From: a virus
Direction: 5' to 3' (one strand)
Virus record (IMG/VR): IMGVR_UViG_3300036823_000324
Location: 11,085-75,084 of that record
DNA: 64,000 nt
The notes under the pieces are model-generated. The model saw only the letters and a list, made by a program, of their open reading frames with translations, had not been told where the DNA came from and did not search any database. Positions 1-9,054 of this stretch are shown here, in pieces. Positions within the stretch are counted from its first letter, which is position 1. The number at the start of each line of letters is the position of its first letter. The position numbers and the translations under genes were made by a program.

Positions 1-48
1 TTCTCGCAGGCCTCGACCTGCTCGACGCTCGGCCAGTCGGTACGCACG

Positions 49-801
49 TCAGGCCTCCACGGTCTCGATGTCGCGGGCGGCCATCTCGGCGCGCTCCTGC
101 TTCTCGAGCGCCAGCCGTTCGGCGACGTACTCGGCGCTCCGTTGCGCTTCGTCGCGGATGGTGTCACCGCCCAGATAGCCCCAGCAGGACTCCTCGAACG
201 GCGTCCCCCGGGCGACGATGTAGCCGTAGACTTCGCCGCGCAGATACTGGTCGTAGACCTCGACCTCGACCTCGATCGCCTCGGTCAACCGCTCCGACAT
301 CGGCTTCTCGGTCGGCGAGACCTCCCATCTCTCCTCGGTGATGATCGCGAAGCCGCAGAAGCTGGTGTCCCAGCCGGCGCCGTCGCCCGCGAACCGGCCG
401 CGCGAGTCGGTGTCCACCCGCTTCAACTCCTGCTCGCCGATCACCGTGATGTCCCCCACCTTGATCGAGAGGATGGAGTGGTCGTGGAGGAACAGCGGGG
501 CGACCGCCAGCGCTTTCCTCTCGACCAGCCATTCCGACAGGAAAGGATCGACCGTGCCGGTCGCGCCGCATCGGATGCAGTCGTCTTCCTGGTCGCCGAC
601 GACGCAGGCGCCATGGCACGTCGGGCACTCGATTTCCGGGAGGCCGGACTCCTCCAGCTGGTGATCGCCGAGGGTGTAGCCCCGCGAGTAGATGTAGAGC
701 TCGGTGTAGTTGCCGTCGAATTGGCGCGGGTTCGAGCTTTCCATGTCCTCATCGACCAGGATCTCGATCTCGACGCCTTCGTGTTCGTACATTTCGTTCA
801 C
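49..801 (-). CDS. conserved hypothetical phage/MGE protein with inserted DnaJ-type Zn finger
   Basis: CPTCHG...CIRCGATG; motifs LHDHS, WDTSFCGF, EVEVYDQYLRGEVYGY, ESCWGY; upstream RBS CGAAAGGGG. Confidence 0.75.
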   Translation of the reverse strand: MNEMYEHEGVEIEILVDEDMESSNPRQFDGNYTELYIYSRGYTLGDHQLEESGLPEIECPTCHGACVVGDQEDDCIRCGATGTVDPFLSEWLVERKALAVAPLFLHDHSILSIKVGDITVIGEQELKRVDTDSRGRFAGDGAGWDTSFCGFAIITEERWEVSPTEKPMSERLTEAIEVEVEVYDQYLRGEVYGYIVARGTPFEESCWGYLGGDTIRDEAQRSAEYVAERLALEKQERAEMAARDIETVEA

Positions 802-827
802 GGGTGTCCCCTTTCGGTTGGTACCTA

Positions 828-1607
828 TTACTTTCCGCTGCCCGACGTCTTGCCTCGATGCCGCTTCGGCGTGTATTTGGCAGTGGTGTGTTTCTGTGAC
901 CCCCAGCCGGAGGTCTTGAACTGCTGGATGTCCACGAACCCGCGCCCCTCCTGGCGGATCCCGTCGAGCCAGTCCTCGAGCTCATCCAGGCCCTCATCGG
1001 TGCAGAAGGCGTCGAGCATCACGATGTCGAGTTCGACGATCCGCTCCGGGGCCGCCATGAATTCGACGAGCTCCATCTGGGCCTTCCTGAACCGCTCGGC
1101 GGTCTTCAGGCTGTGGCCGGTCAGCTTCGCCAGCAGCTCCGCCGACGTCGCCTTCAGGCCGATCGTCAGCTGCAGGCGGTCGGCTTCCTGGAGCATCTCT
1201 GCCTCGAATCGCTCGACCTGGGCCGGCTTCAGGATCGTCCCGTTCGTCTCGATCACGAGGAACGGTTCCTCGTCGCCGTCGGGAAGGGTGCCCTCGGTCT
1301 GCTCGACGAACTTCTGCGCGACCAGGCGCATGTGGCCGTCCCAGTTCAGGGTCGGCTCGCCGCCACTGACCCGCGCCATGCTGACGTGGTTGCGGTCGAG
1401 GCCGCGGACGATCCGCTTCACGACCTCGTCGGAATCGAGCTCGTAGGTCGGATCCTGGCCCTTCCACCCCATCTGGCTCCAGCAGTTGTCGCAGGCCCAG
1501 TTGCAGTTCTGCACGTCGACCGTGAAGCAGCCGCCATAGAACCGCGCCTTGCGGAACCGCTTGTAGGGCGCCAGGTCGGCGCCTTTGTAGTCCCTTGCTC
1601 CGGGCAC
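828..1607 (-). CDS. radical SAM protein (resembles COG5014-type Fe-S oxidoreductase)
   Basis: CNWACDNC (CxxxCxxC), RVSGGEPT, IETNG, N-terminal RFRKARFYGG; GTG start overlaps upstream TAG (TAGTG). Confidence 0.85.
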   Translation of the reverse strand: MPGARDYKGADLAPYKRFRKARFYGGCFTVDVQNCNWACDNCWSQMGWKGQDPTYELDSDEVVKRIVRGLDRNHVSMARVSGGEPTLNWDGHMRLVAQKFVEQTEGTLPDGDEEPFLVIETNGTILKPAQVERFEAEMLQEADRLQLTIGLKATSAELLAKLTGHSLKTAERFRKAQMELVEFMAAPERIVELDIVMLDAFCTDEGLDELEDWLDGIRQEGRGFVDIQQFKTSGWGSQKHTTAKYTPKRHRGKTSGSGK

Positions 1608-1813
1608 TAGTCGATCCTCCTCGAGGTCAGCTCGAGACCGTCGAAGACGACCCTCGCGTCTTGCATCCCTTCGTCGGTGTCGACGACGATGTCGAGTGCG
1701 TCGGCGCGACGGAGCATCGTCGCGATCGCCTCCTGGAACTCCTGCTGGGACGGCTCGGCCCCGCCCTTGTGGTCGACCCACATCTTCACGTCGACCAGCC
1801 ACCGCGCGGCCAT
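1607..1813 (-). CDS. hypothetical protein
   Basis: 68 aa, translationally coupled on both sides. Confidence 0.65.
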   Translation of the reverse strand: MAARWLVDVKMWVDHKGGAEPSQQEFQEAIATMLRRADALDIVVDTDEGMQDARVVFDGLELTSRRID

Positions 1814-2277
1814 CAGCGCTTACCTCGGTGGAGCATCGCCAGCTCGGTCCTGCCGGCCTTGTCGAGCTCGCGCCTGATGTCGTCGGTGACCTCGTCGTCG
1901 GGCGTCCAGAAGTTCTGGTACCCGCGGTGCGGGATCGGCTCCGCGAAGAGCCTCGCCGCGTCGGGGTCGAGGAGGTAGTGCTGTTCGCCGGGCACCGCCC
2001 AGTCGCTCGCCTCGGTGCCGTACCCGTCGGCGAGCTTCGCGTCGTCGACGACGTCCTCGATCACCGCGACGCCGATGATCGAGGACGTCACCATCGGGTC
2101 GGGGAGCTCGAGCTCGAACTCGTAGACGACCCGTTTCGCCGACTCGACATCGTTCGTCTTCCCCGCGTGCACCAGGAAGGGCCCGCGGTGGCTCGTCGTC
2201 CGCGGCCGGTTCTCGATGTCCTTGTGGCCGGAGGCCACGAGCCACGCCCACGGCTGCCAGAGCGTTAGTGCCTTCAA
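1813..2277 (-). CDS. ASCH domain protein
   Basis: KALTLWQPWAWLVASGHKDIENR...RGPFLVHAGK signature; strong RBS. Confidence 0.9.
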   Translation of the reverse strand: MKALTLWQPWAWLVASGHKDIENRPRTTSHRGPFLVHAGKTNDVESAKRVVYEFELELPDPMVTSSIIGVAVIEDVVDDAKLADGYGTEASDWAVPGEQHYLLDPDAARLFAEPIPHRGYQNFWTPDDEVTDDIRRELDKAGRTELAMLHRGKR

Positions 2278-2297
2278 CTCCGTCTCCTTTCGTCGTC

Positions 2298-2348
2298 AGA
2301 ACAAAAGCGGCCCGAGCGTCCCCACCCATGCGCGGACACCCGGGCCAC
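2298..2348 (-). terminator. intrinsic terminator/attenuator upstream of the ASCH gene
   Basis: 15-bp stem GUGGCCCGGGUGUCC/GGACGCUCGGGCCGC (3 G-U pairs valid only on the minus strand) followed by UUUUGUUCU. Confidence 0.65.
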
Positions 2349-2452
2349 TCTTCGCCGCACCCTCTGCTGGGTGGCGCGGCGAGGGCTGGCGCCCCGTCGA
2401 CGGGATCCCAGTCCGATCCCGTCGACGCGACACCTCACCACCTCCACTACTT
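2298..2452 (-). ncRNA. candidate structured leader/sRNA (three hairpins)
   Basis: -10-like TAAAAT at 2459-2464; perfect 13-bp inverted repeat 2395-2427; hairpin 2344-2390; terminator. Confidence 0.45.
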
Positions 2453-2464
2453 CCCTCTATTTTA

Positions 2465-2677
2465 CTACACCTCTCCACTACCACCACCCTCGGCCTCGAT
2501 TCCCTCGATCACCGCGCGCTCGTCGGCGTGGGCCCTCTCGGCGACCTGCACGAGGTCCTCGCGCGTGACGCCGGCGAGCTCGGCGAGGTAGTCGACGGCG
2601 GCGGCGTGCTGCAGCGATAGCCGCTCTAGGTCGTAGATCGTCTCGAACGCCGCTTCATGCCTTTCCTCGGGCGTCAT
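2465..2677 (-). CDS. hypothetical protein
   Basis: MTPEERHEAAF..., normal composition, double stop TAG TAA. Confidence 0.6.
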   Translation of the reverse strand: MTPEERHEAAFETIYDLERLSLQHAAAVDYLAELAGVTREDLVQVAERAHADERAVIEGIEAEGGGSGEV

Positions 2678-2691
2678 GTGGGCCGGGTCGG

Positions 2692-2874
2692 TCAAGGCGT
2701 CCCCCCTTCGCCGGCCAGGACGCCCCATGCGGTCACCAGGCGGCCATCCGTTTTGACGATGACCCGGTAGGGACCCCCTGCCTCCTCCAGCTCCTCGGCG
2801 ATCGCCTGGGCGGCGTTGACCACACTCTGGTCGGCCAATGGCTGGTCGGTGTCTATCTCGATCGCGTAGATCAC
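2692..2874 (-). CDS. hypothetical protein
   Basis: GTGA overlap with upstream gene. Confidence 0.6.
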   Translation of the reverse strand: MIYAIEIDTDQPLADQSVVNAAQAIAEELEEAGGPYRVIVKTDGRLVTAWGVLAGEGGTP

Positions 2875-3278
2875 GGCACCCGTCCTTCCTGGTCATAGGC
2901 GCCGCGATCTTCGAGCGCCAGCATCCGGTCGACGCGCCGGTCGCTCGGGTCGTAGGTGTCGAGTCCCGCGTCCTCGAGGACCTCGGGCGCCAGCCCGACC
3001 CGCTCGGCGTCCTCGATCAGTTCAGACTCCTCGACCGCGGTCATGGTGAGCCCGGTGACGCCATTGACCTTCAACATCTCCCCGTCGACCAGGCCGCCCC
3101 AGCCCTGCCGGCGCAGGACCCGTAGCGCCTGCTCGGCTTCGTAGCGCGCCCGCTCGGGATCGTCGGCCGGGTCGACGGCCACACCCGCCTCGGCGAGGCC
3201 GCCGGTGTCGTCGTTCAGCCCTTCGGCGGTCCAGACGAGCAGCTTGATCTCGTCGCGGATCTCGTCGGGAGCGCCCAT
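2871..3278 (-). CDS. hypothetical acidic protein
   Basis: coupled ORF, codon usage consistent with neighbours. Confidence 0.65.
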   Translation of the reverse strand: MGAPDEIRDEIKLLVWTAEGLNDDTGGLAEAGVAVDPADDPERARYEAEQALRVLRRQGWGGLVDGEMLKVNGVTGLTMTAVEESELIEDAERVGLAPEVLEDAGLDTYDPSDRRVDRMLALEDRGAYDQEGRVP

Positions 3279-3460
3279 CAGCGGCGCCTCCGATGGTTGT
3301 AGGGCCCCCGCGGCCGCTCGTGCAGCTGCGAGGTCGGCTCCCGCTCCTCGAGGAACCAGCGCTCGTCTTCGGCGACGAGTTCGTCTTCGTCGGCCAGGTC
3401 CCAGCCGCCGCAGCCCTTGTGCTCAGGCGCCTGGGGGGACGGTGCTTCGGTTGGTGACAT
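3278..3460 (-). CDS. hypothetical protein
   Basis: RBS ACGAAAGGAGA; TGATG coupling. Confidence 0.55.
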   Translation of the reverse strand: MSPTEAPSPQAPEHKGCGGWDLADEDELVAEDERWFLEEREPTSQLHERPRGPYNHRRRR

Positions 3461-3478
3461 CGGTGTCTCCTTTCGTTG

Positions 3479-3739
3479 TCAGCCGGCAGTGCCGAGCAGC
3501 TGCATCGCCCGGTGGTAGTGCTGATCGCCCTTCGCGGCGGCGTAGGCGGCCTCGAAGCTGCGCTGGTAGAGATCCACGTCGCCGCGCCGGACCGCCTCGT
3601 CGTAGCACTGGCGCGCTCGGGCATCGGCGGACGAGAAAGTCGGGGACTGGTTGGCCCGGTCGATCTGCTCGAACACCTCCCGGGTGAGGTCCTCGTCAGT
3701 GAGCGCCTCGAGATGCGCCGCGTAGTTCTGCTCGTCCAT
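3479..3739 (-). CDS. hypothetical protein
   Basis: MDEQNYAAH..., RBS ACGAAAGGAGA. Confidence 0.65.
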   Translation of the reverse strand: MDEQNYAAHLEALTDEDLTREVFEQIDRANQSPTFSSADARARQCYDEAVRRGDVDLYQRSFEAAYAAAKGDQHYHRAMQLLGTAG

Positions 3740-3968
3740 CGTGATCTCCTTTCGTTCCCTCCGCCTCCTCGATGTCGGCGGAGATGTCATCGGTGGCGTC
3801 CGCCAGGTCGTCGGCGAACTCGGTGATTCCGTGCTGCATTTCCGCGAGCCGCTCATCGTGAGGCTGCTGCTCGATGCGGAGCGCCGCGCGCCGCAGGGTC
3901 TTCTCGGCCGTTTCCAATTCCGTGCGGGTCACGCGGCAGAGCAAGGCGAAATGGTGGGGAGTGATCAT
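3696..3968 (-). CDS. hypothetical protein
   Basis: 90-aa helical-looking ORF. Confidence 0.5.
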   Translation of the reverse strand: MITPHHFALLCRVTRTELETAEKTLRRAALRIEQQPHDERLAEMQHGITEFADDLADATDDISADIEEAEGTKGDHDGRAELRGASRGAH

Positions 3969-3989
3969 GGACCCACCTTACGCCGGGAC

Positions 3990-4259
3990 CTATAACCCCC
4001 TTTCGTTGCCGACTTCCCGGAGGTCCTCCTCGGCTCGATCGAGGAGGTTGATCAGGTCCCAGCAGTCGGCGGCGCGGCCGGCGTTCATGCACGCTTCCTG
4101 GAGGTGCCCGTGCCGGCCGGCGATCTCCCGGCAGGCGGCGAACCGTCCCTCCTGCGCATAAAGCAGCAGCTCCTCGGCGTCGTGCTCGCTCTCGAACCGG
4201 ATCTGCGTGAGCCCGTCGTGCTCGGCTATTTCGGTCATGACCATAATTGCCTCGGCCAT
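3990..4259 (-). CDS. hypothetical protein
   Basis: MAEAIMVM..., fits the gene tiling. Confidence 0.55.
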   Translation of the reverse strand: MAEAIMVMTEIAEHDGLTQIRFESEHDAEELLLYAQEGRFAACREIAGRHGHLQEACMNAGRAADCWDLINLLDRAEEDLREVGNERGL

Positions 4260-4261
4260 GG

Positions 4262-4552
4262 TTATAGGTTCACCCGGATCGTGAACCCTGACACCGGCGA
4301 GGCGGCCGCGTCCTTCGGTTCGTCGAGCCATACCCGAGCCTGCGCCGCGACGTTGGCGAGCACGTCGCTCAGCAGATGCCCCTCGGCGTAGGCGATACGG
4401 CCGTCACCTTCCGACTCCTCGGCCAGCACGTCGGGGATCACCTCGTCGAGGTAGACGGGGAAGCACTCGGCCTTGAAGAAATGGCCCGACGCTTCCCGCT
4501 GCTCCCGGGCCGCCTTCCGGGTCGACTCTGCGTCTCGGTGGTCGATGTTCAT
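4262..4552 (-). CDS. hypothetical protein
   Basis: MNIDHRD..., ATGA overlap. Confidence 0.55.
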   Translation of the reverse strand: MNIDHRDAESTRKAAREQREASGHFFKAECFPVYLDEVIPDVLAEESEGDGRIAYAEGHLLSDVLANVAAQARVWLDEPKDAAASPVSGFTIRVNL

Positions 4553-4740
4553 GGGGTCACCGATCCCCACACGCGATTTGCCTCGAGGACGAGGGCATCG
4601 TCGCCCGGTGAGTCGCCGATCGAGTTGGTCAGGTCGTCGACCAACAGCGCGACGGTCAAGCCGTCGACCGCCTCGTCGGGATAGTCGACCCCGTATTCGG
4701 TCAGCCGCTCGAGAAGCTCGACGGCTTGTGCGTCCTCCAT
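4549..4740 (-). CDS. hypothetical protein
   Basis: coupled ORF. Confidence 0.55.
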   Translation of the reverse strand: MEDAQAVELLERLTEYGVDYPDEAVDGLTVALLVDDLTNSIGDSPGDDALVLEANRVWGSVTP

Positions 4741-4934
4741 CAGGCGGCCGCCAGCTCGTCCTGTGCCTCGATGTACTCCTCAAGGCCTTCGCAGATCAGG
4801 CTCCCCATCGCGCTCCGCTGCTCGGGCTTCCCCATCGGGAAGCCGTCGATCGCCTCGATGACCTTCGCGCACATGCTGTAGGCCATCTCGGTGCCGATCT
4901 CGCCGGCCCGTTCCTCTGCTGCCTTCGGGTCCAT
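4740..4934 (-). CDS. hypothetical protein
   Basis: RBS CGAAAGGGG; coupled. Confidence 0.6.
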   Translation of the reverse strand: MDPKAAEERAGEIGTEMAYSMCAKVIEAIDGFPMGKPEQRSAMGSLICEGLEEYIEAQDELAAA

Positions 4935-4988
4935 GGTGCCCCTTTCGTAGGCCTGTCTCGTCGGTGCGCGGCGGCCAACCCGGCGCAG

Positions 4989-5010
4989 ACGCGGGCCCGG
5001 AGGCCCGCGT
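4989..5010. terminator. GC hairpin after the collagen-like gene
   Basis: ACGCGGGCC-CGGA-GGCCCGCGT 9-bp inverted repeat. Confidence 0.4.
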
Positions 5011-5015
5011 TTCGA

Positions 5016-6122
5016 CTATTCGGTCGAGATCACCCGAGCGGCGATCTGGCTTTCGCCGATGAACCATTCGCCCGGGGTTTCGTCGAGCCGGAAGGTCGAT
5101 GTCTTCTCACCGAACCACTGGCTGTCCCAGTAGACGGCGCCGCCCGATTCGACGGGGTTCTGCCCGATCGTCGGCGGACCCTCCACCGCGACGTTCAGCG
5201 AGTCGAGCGCCGTCGTGGTGGGCGTGAACCCGACGGCGACGATCGCCTTGTGGGGGATCTTGCCGGTGAGGTCGAACTTCACCGTCTGCGGGAGCCCGTG
5301 CTGGCAGTGGCCGTCCGAGGCCTTGAACGAGGTGCCATCGGGGCAGGTCAGGTCGGTCGTCGGCCGGTAATGCAGATCGAACGTCTGCGTCTCCGTGGCC
5401 AGCAGCTGCCCCACCGCGTTTTCGTAGGTGACTTCGTACACGTTCAACGTCAGGGGCGCGGCGAACGTCGCCGAGGGATCCACGGTGACGCAGGTCGCTT
5501 CGCCGCCGCTCTCGCACGACCACACCGACATCAGCACTTCGACTTCGGGATCGGTGGTGCCACCTTCCTTGGCGAGGACGATCTGGGAGCCGAACTGCGT
5601 CGTCCCCGTGGCCGCATAACCGAGGCTGGGCGGGTTGGCGATCCGCGATTCCGGCGTGATGTTGTCGTAGACGAGCGGGTTGGTCGGCGCCGGCGGACCA
5701 GGGGGGCCGGCCGGGCCGGCGGGACCCTGCGGACCGGCGCCGCCCGGGCTGCCGGGAGCACCGGGGTTGCCCTGGGGTCCGGTCGCTCCGGGAGCACCCG
5801 GGGCGCCGTTGGCTCCCTGGGACCCGGTCGCGCCGGGGGAGCCCTGCGGGCCTTCGGGGCCGCTCGTCCCCTGAACGCCCTGTTCGCCCGTGTCGCCCTT
5901 CTGGCCGGCCGCTCCGGGGCTTCCTGGCGTGCCCGGGGACCCCGCGGCCCCTGCGGGCCCCTGCGGGCCACGGGCCACGTGGGCCTTCACGCACTGCCTG
6001 CCGCTCCTGTGCTTGCCGTGCGGGCACTTCTTCGGGTGGTGCTTCTGAGTCGCGACTGCGACTGCGGGGAGGGCGAGGGCGGCGATCGCCGCGACCAGCC
6101 AGATCATTAGTTTCCGTCTCAT
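5016..6122 (-). CDS. secreted collagen-like protein
   Basis: signal peptide [33 protein letters not shown] motif, about 30 Gly-X-Y triplets, Cys-containing C-terminal globular domain. Confidence 0.85.
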   Translation of the reverse strand: MRRKLMIWLVAAIAALALPAVAVATQKHHPKKCPHGKHRSGRQCVKAHVARGPQGPAGAAGSPGTPGSPGAAGQKGDTGEQGVQGTSGPEGPQGSPGATGSQGANGAPGAPGATGPQGNPGAPGSPGGAGPQGPAGPAGPPGPPAPTNPLVYDNITPESRIANPPSLGYAATGTTQFGSQIVLAKEGGTTDPEVEVLMSVWSCESGGEATCVTVDPSATFAAPLTLNVYEVTYENAVGQLLATETQTFDLHYRPTTDLTCPDGTSFKASDGHCQHGLPQTVKFDLTGKIPHKAIVAVGFTPTTTALDSLNVAVEGPPTIGQNPVESGGAVYWDSQWFGEKTSTFRLDETPGEWFIGESQIAARVISTE

Positions 6123-6165
6123 GGGTGTGTGTGGTCCTTTCTCGTTTGGTTGGTGTGGAGGAAGA

Positions 6166-6489
6166 TCAGCTGGCCTTGACGCCTGTGTTGGCGGCGAACG
6201 CCTCGGCGAGCGCCTCGGCGAGCTTGTCGATCACGAGATCGAGGCGAGCACCCCCGCAGGCGGTCCACAGGCCGCCTTTCTCGTTCTTGCCGATCACGTC
6301 GTGGAGGTCGGGGAACGATCCGGTGCTGACGTTGAATTGGAAGATGAAGCTGACGATCGGCTCCATCTGGTCGGGGTAGGCGAACGAGATCCGGCCGGTG
6401 TTGGTGTACCGTTGGTCGACCACCAGCTGGACCTTGAAGTCCTCGGCCATCTCCTGCAGGCGCCCGATGAACTTCTCCTGGGTGTTCAT
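6166..6489 (-). CDS. hypothetical protein
   Basis: MNTQEKFIG..., ATGA overlap. Confidence 0.65.
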   Translation of the reverse strand: MNTQEKFIGRLQEMAEDFKVQLVVDQRYTNTGRISFAYPDQMEPIVSFIFQFNVSTGSFPDLHDVIGKNEKGGLWTACGGARLDLVIDKLAEALAEAFAANTGVKAS

Positions 6490-6773
6490 CGGCAGGCCCG
6501 GATCCGCGGTTGTACCGCACGAGCGCCCCGAAGGCGCCGCCGCGGGCGGGAGGTGAATTCGTCCTGGTAGCTGAACCGCGACCCCTGTGGGACCCGGCTC
6601 AGCGGCAGCCCATAGTGCCGTTGCCACCGGTGCTCCTCCTCGAAGAGCTCGCGGCGCGTCTCTTCTTCGTGGTGGCGCCAGGCCTGGATGCCGCGGCACT
6701 GCCCGTGGCTGCAGGTCCACGTGCGTTCCATGTATCGACTGCCGCCGTGGGAGGTGTCATTGCAGAACGTCAT
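6486..6773 (-). CDS. hypothetical protein (Cys/His motifs)
   Basis: coupled ORF. Confidence 0.5.
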   Translation of the reverse strand: MTFCNDTSHGGSRYMERTWTCSHGQCRGIQAWRHHEEETRRELFEEEHRWQRHYGLPLSRVPQGSRFSYQDEFTSRPRRRLRGARAVQPRIRACR

Positions 6774-7798
6774 CCCGTCGCCTCCGGATCGTTGTCGACC
6801 ATGGCCACCGAGCCCTCGACGACGCCCACGATCCTCAACTCGGCTTCAGCTGCGGAGATCACGCTCTCTTCGGCGTCCTCGACGCTCTCGGCTTCGACCG
6901 ATTCGGCGAACCCCTGGCCGCCCTCGGCATAGATGGCGATCACGGTGAACACGCGGGATTCCTTTTCCCTCTGTTCCTGATCGGCTTCGGCGTCGACCTG
7001 GGCGAGGGTCTTCTCGCCCAGCAGCACTTCGATCCGCCGGCGGATCACCGGTGAGCCTTCCTGCAGGTGCCCGAGCAGGGCGTCGAATTCGGCGCGCTTC
7101 ATGTGGAGGTCGGCCCCCATCGTCCGGCAGACCAACTCGTCGTCGAGCTGCGCGGTGGCAGACGGCACCGTCGTCATGGCGTCTTCGTGCGCCTCACCCA
7201 ACACCCCGTAGGGCGTCGCCTCCTCGGTGGTCTCGATCGGCTGGAAGTCCTCGGCGCTGCAGTTGCCGCATTTCCACCCGGCCCCGTCGACCTCCCGCAC
7301 GTCTTCGCTCCCGCACTCCGGGCAGAGCATCACGTGGGGAGCTTCCGGCGGCGATGCGAACCCGAGCCGGAGGGGGATCGCCAGCCGCAGATCGTCGGCC
7401 GAGTTGACCGGCTTCAGCTGGCCGTCGTAGTGCTCGTTGGGCGCGGTCGAGAAGAAATCGGTCGGCTCCACGATCAGGCAGGCCTCGCCATCGACATCCT
7501 CGGGGCCCCAGACCAGCAGCCGCGCCGCGATCGGGTTGCCGTCGGTGTCGAAAACCTTGTCGACGATGCTCTCCTCCCTGCCGTCGCCGAGTTGATCGAC
7601 ACGGAGGGTCTGGGTGCTGGGCCGCATGTTGTCATCCCACTGCGCCCCGGCCTCCGCACCGAAGGTGCCGGCGAAGCTGTAGACCTCGCCGTCCTCACAT
7701 CTGTTCTTGCCGTCGGGGTCGTCGAAGTTTGCCCCCCAGGTGTTGCCATATACGTCTCGGTCGGTATCGACCAACGTCTGGACCAGGAACTGGGTCAC
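6770..7798 (-). CDS. hypothetical protein with Zn ribbon
   Basis: CPECGS...WKCGNC; RBS ACGAAAGGAGA. Confidence 0.75.
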   Translation of the reverse strand: MTQFLVQTLVDTDRDVYGNTWGANFDDPDGKNRCEDGEVYSFAGTFGAEAGAQWDDNMRPSTQTLRVDQLGDGREESIVDKVFDTDGNPIAARLLVWGPEDVDGEACLIVEPTDFFSTAPNEHYDGQLKPVNSADDLRLAIPLRLGFASPPEAPHVMLCPECGSEDVREVDGAGWKCGNCSAEDFQPIETTEEATPYGVLGEAHEDAMTTVPSATAQLDDELVCRTMGADLHMKRAEFDALLGHLQEGSPVIRRRIEVLLGEKTLAQVDAEADQEQREKESRVFTVIAIYAEGGQGFAESVEAESVEDAEESVISAAEAELRIVGVVEGSVAMVDNDPEATG

Positions 7799-7837
7799 AG
7801 GTTCTCCTTTCGTGTTACCGATTCACAACTACATGAC

Positions 7838-7859
7838 ACTCTACGAATCCTCCTATAAC
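7838..7859 (-). promoter_or_regulatory. repeated early promoter/operator motif GTTATAGG-N7-GTAGAGT (copy 1)
   Basis: same motif and spacing at 10701-10722 and 12632-12653; TAGAGT fits a TANNNT -10. Confidence 0.65.
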
Positions 7860-8041
7860 TCCCCTCCTTGTTCGACTTTCTGCCCGAATTCGTCGGGCTC
7901 GACTTTCGCCGGATCGGAGTCGATCGCCATCCAGCCCATGCCGGACTTCTCGACCGTGTTGGCGAGGTCGCGTGCGTTCTCGACCGCCTCGGTAGGTGAG
8001 TCGGCTTCGACGTTCACCCAGGCCGGCACCAGGAACCTCAT
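7853..8041 (-). CDS. hypothetical protein
   Basis: 62-aa coupled ORF. Confidence 0.6.
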   Translation of the reverse strand: MRFLVPAWVNVEADSPTEAVENARDLANTVEKSGMGWMAIDSDPAKVEPDEFGQKVEQGGEL

Positions 8042-8583
8042 CCAGTCCTCCTTCTCGTGGTGTCAAGGTCGATGCCGAGGCTGTCATCCAGAGCCTCCCA
8101 CCGCACCTGTTCGCCATCGGTCTCTTCGGCCACGGCGTTGAGCTGCGAGAAGTAGTCCCGCAGGGTCAGCGACACTCGCTCGCGCCGGGTGTCTCCCGGG
8201 TCCAGGAGGATGTCGGCCTGTTCGGCGATCCCGGCAGCGATCGCGTTCAGGAAGCGGGCAAGGTTGGGGCCATACTGGGCGTCGACGGCCTCCATCAGCC
8301 GCTCCTCGAGGGCGTTCTTGTAGTCGATCAGTGAGTCGACGCCGCTCTCCTCGCCGTCGGAGCCGTCGCTGTACTTCATGGCCTCCTGCATTTCCGCGAT
8401 GGTCTGTTCGCCCGGAGAGAAGTCGGGGCGTGCCGCCAGGGAGAGGTCGACCTTGCCGATCTCGATCTTCGCCGCGGCTGCGGCGCGCCACTCCTCCTGT
8501 GCCTCGGCAGAGAGCGCCGGCCACTCGACACCCTCGTTGGCGGCGAGGGCTTGCGCGATGAGGTACTCGACCACGGAGCTCAT
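8038..8583 (-). CDS. hypothetical protein
   Basis: MSSVVEYLIAQ..., ATGA overlap. Confidence 0.65.
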   Translation of the reverse strand: MSSVVEYLIAQALAANEGVEWPALSAEAQEEWRAAAAAKIEIGKVDLSLAARPDFSPGEQTIAEMQEAMKYSDGSDGEESGVDSLIDYKNALEERLMEAVDAQYGPNLARFLNAIAAGIAEQADILLDPGDTRRERVSLTLRDYFSQLNAVAEETDGEQVRWEALDDSLGIDLDTTRRRTG

Positions 8584-9008
8584 ACGACCGCCTCCGCCAG
8601 ACGCAGTGCCGGTTTGACACGCCAATAGTGCTTGGTCGAGTTGATCTCCCGGGCCTCCTCGTTCACGAGTTCGACGATGCCGAGCTTCTCGAGCCGCTTG
8701 AAGTGGTAGCTGACGGTGCTCAGGCCGACGCCGGTGATGTCGGCGACTTCGGTCGGCGCCACCTCTCCCTCCCCTTGCACGACGGCGACGAGCAAGGAGG
8801 AGAACAGCGCCTCCGACAACACCCTCTCGGCGATCGCCCGCCAGGTCGTGCCGCCCGTCAGCAGCCCCGTCGCGCACGATCCGCAGAGGTAGACCCCGTC
8901 CTCCTCCTCGAGCGTCGACACCCGGAGGTGTCCGGGTCCGAAGGTCGAGCAGGCGGAGCAGTGCGTTTCGCCCCCCTCCTCGACCAGCAGCAGTTCTTCG
9001 ATGTTCAC
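8580..9008 (-). CDS. Zn-finger + ArsR-like winged HTH regulator
   Basis: CSAC...CGSC then APTEVADITGVGLSTVSYHFKRLEKLGIVE. Confidence 0.8.
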   Translation of the reverse strand: MNIEELLLVEEGGETHCSACSTFGPGHLRVSTLEEEDGVYLCGSCATGLLTGGTTWRAIAERVLSEALFSSLLVAVVQGEGEVAPTEVADITGVGLSTVSYHFKRLEKLGIVELVNEEAREINSTKHYWRVKPALRLAEAVV

Positions 9009-9024
9009 TTCGGTCTCCTTTCGT

Positions 9025-9053
9025 CTGTTTCCCTGTTTCCAAATCGGAAACAG
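9025..9053. promoter_or_regulatory. palindromic candidate operator
   Basis: CTGTTTCC CTGTTTCC-N5-GGAAACAG directly upstream of the wHTH gene RBS. Confidence 0.45.
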
Positions 9054-9054
9054 T

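Noticed and set aside
828-1607. 7-deazaguanine DNA modification pathway (QueE)
   Set aside because: No folE, queD, queC or dpdA in the window, and the N-terminal motif differs from QueE
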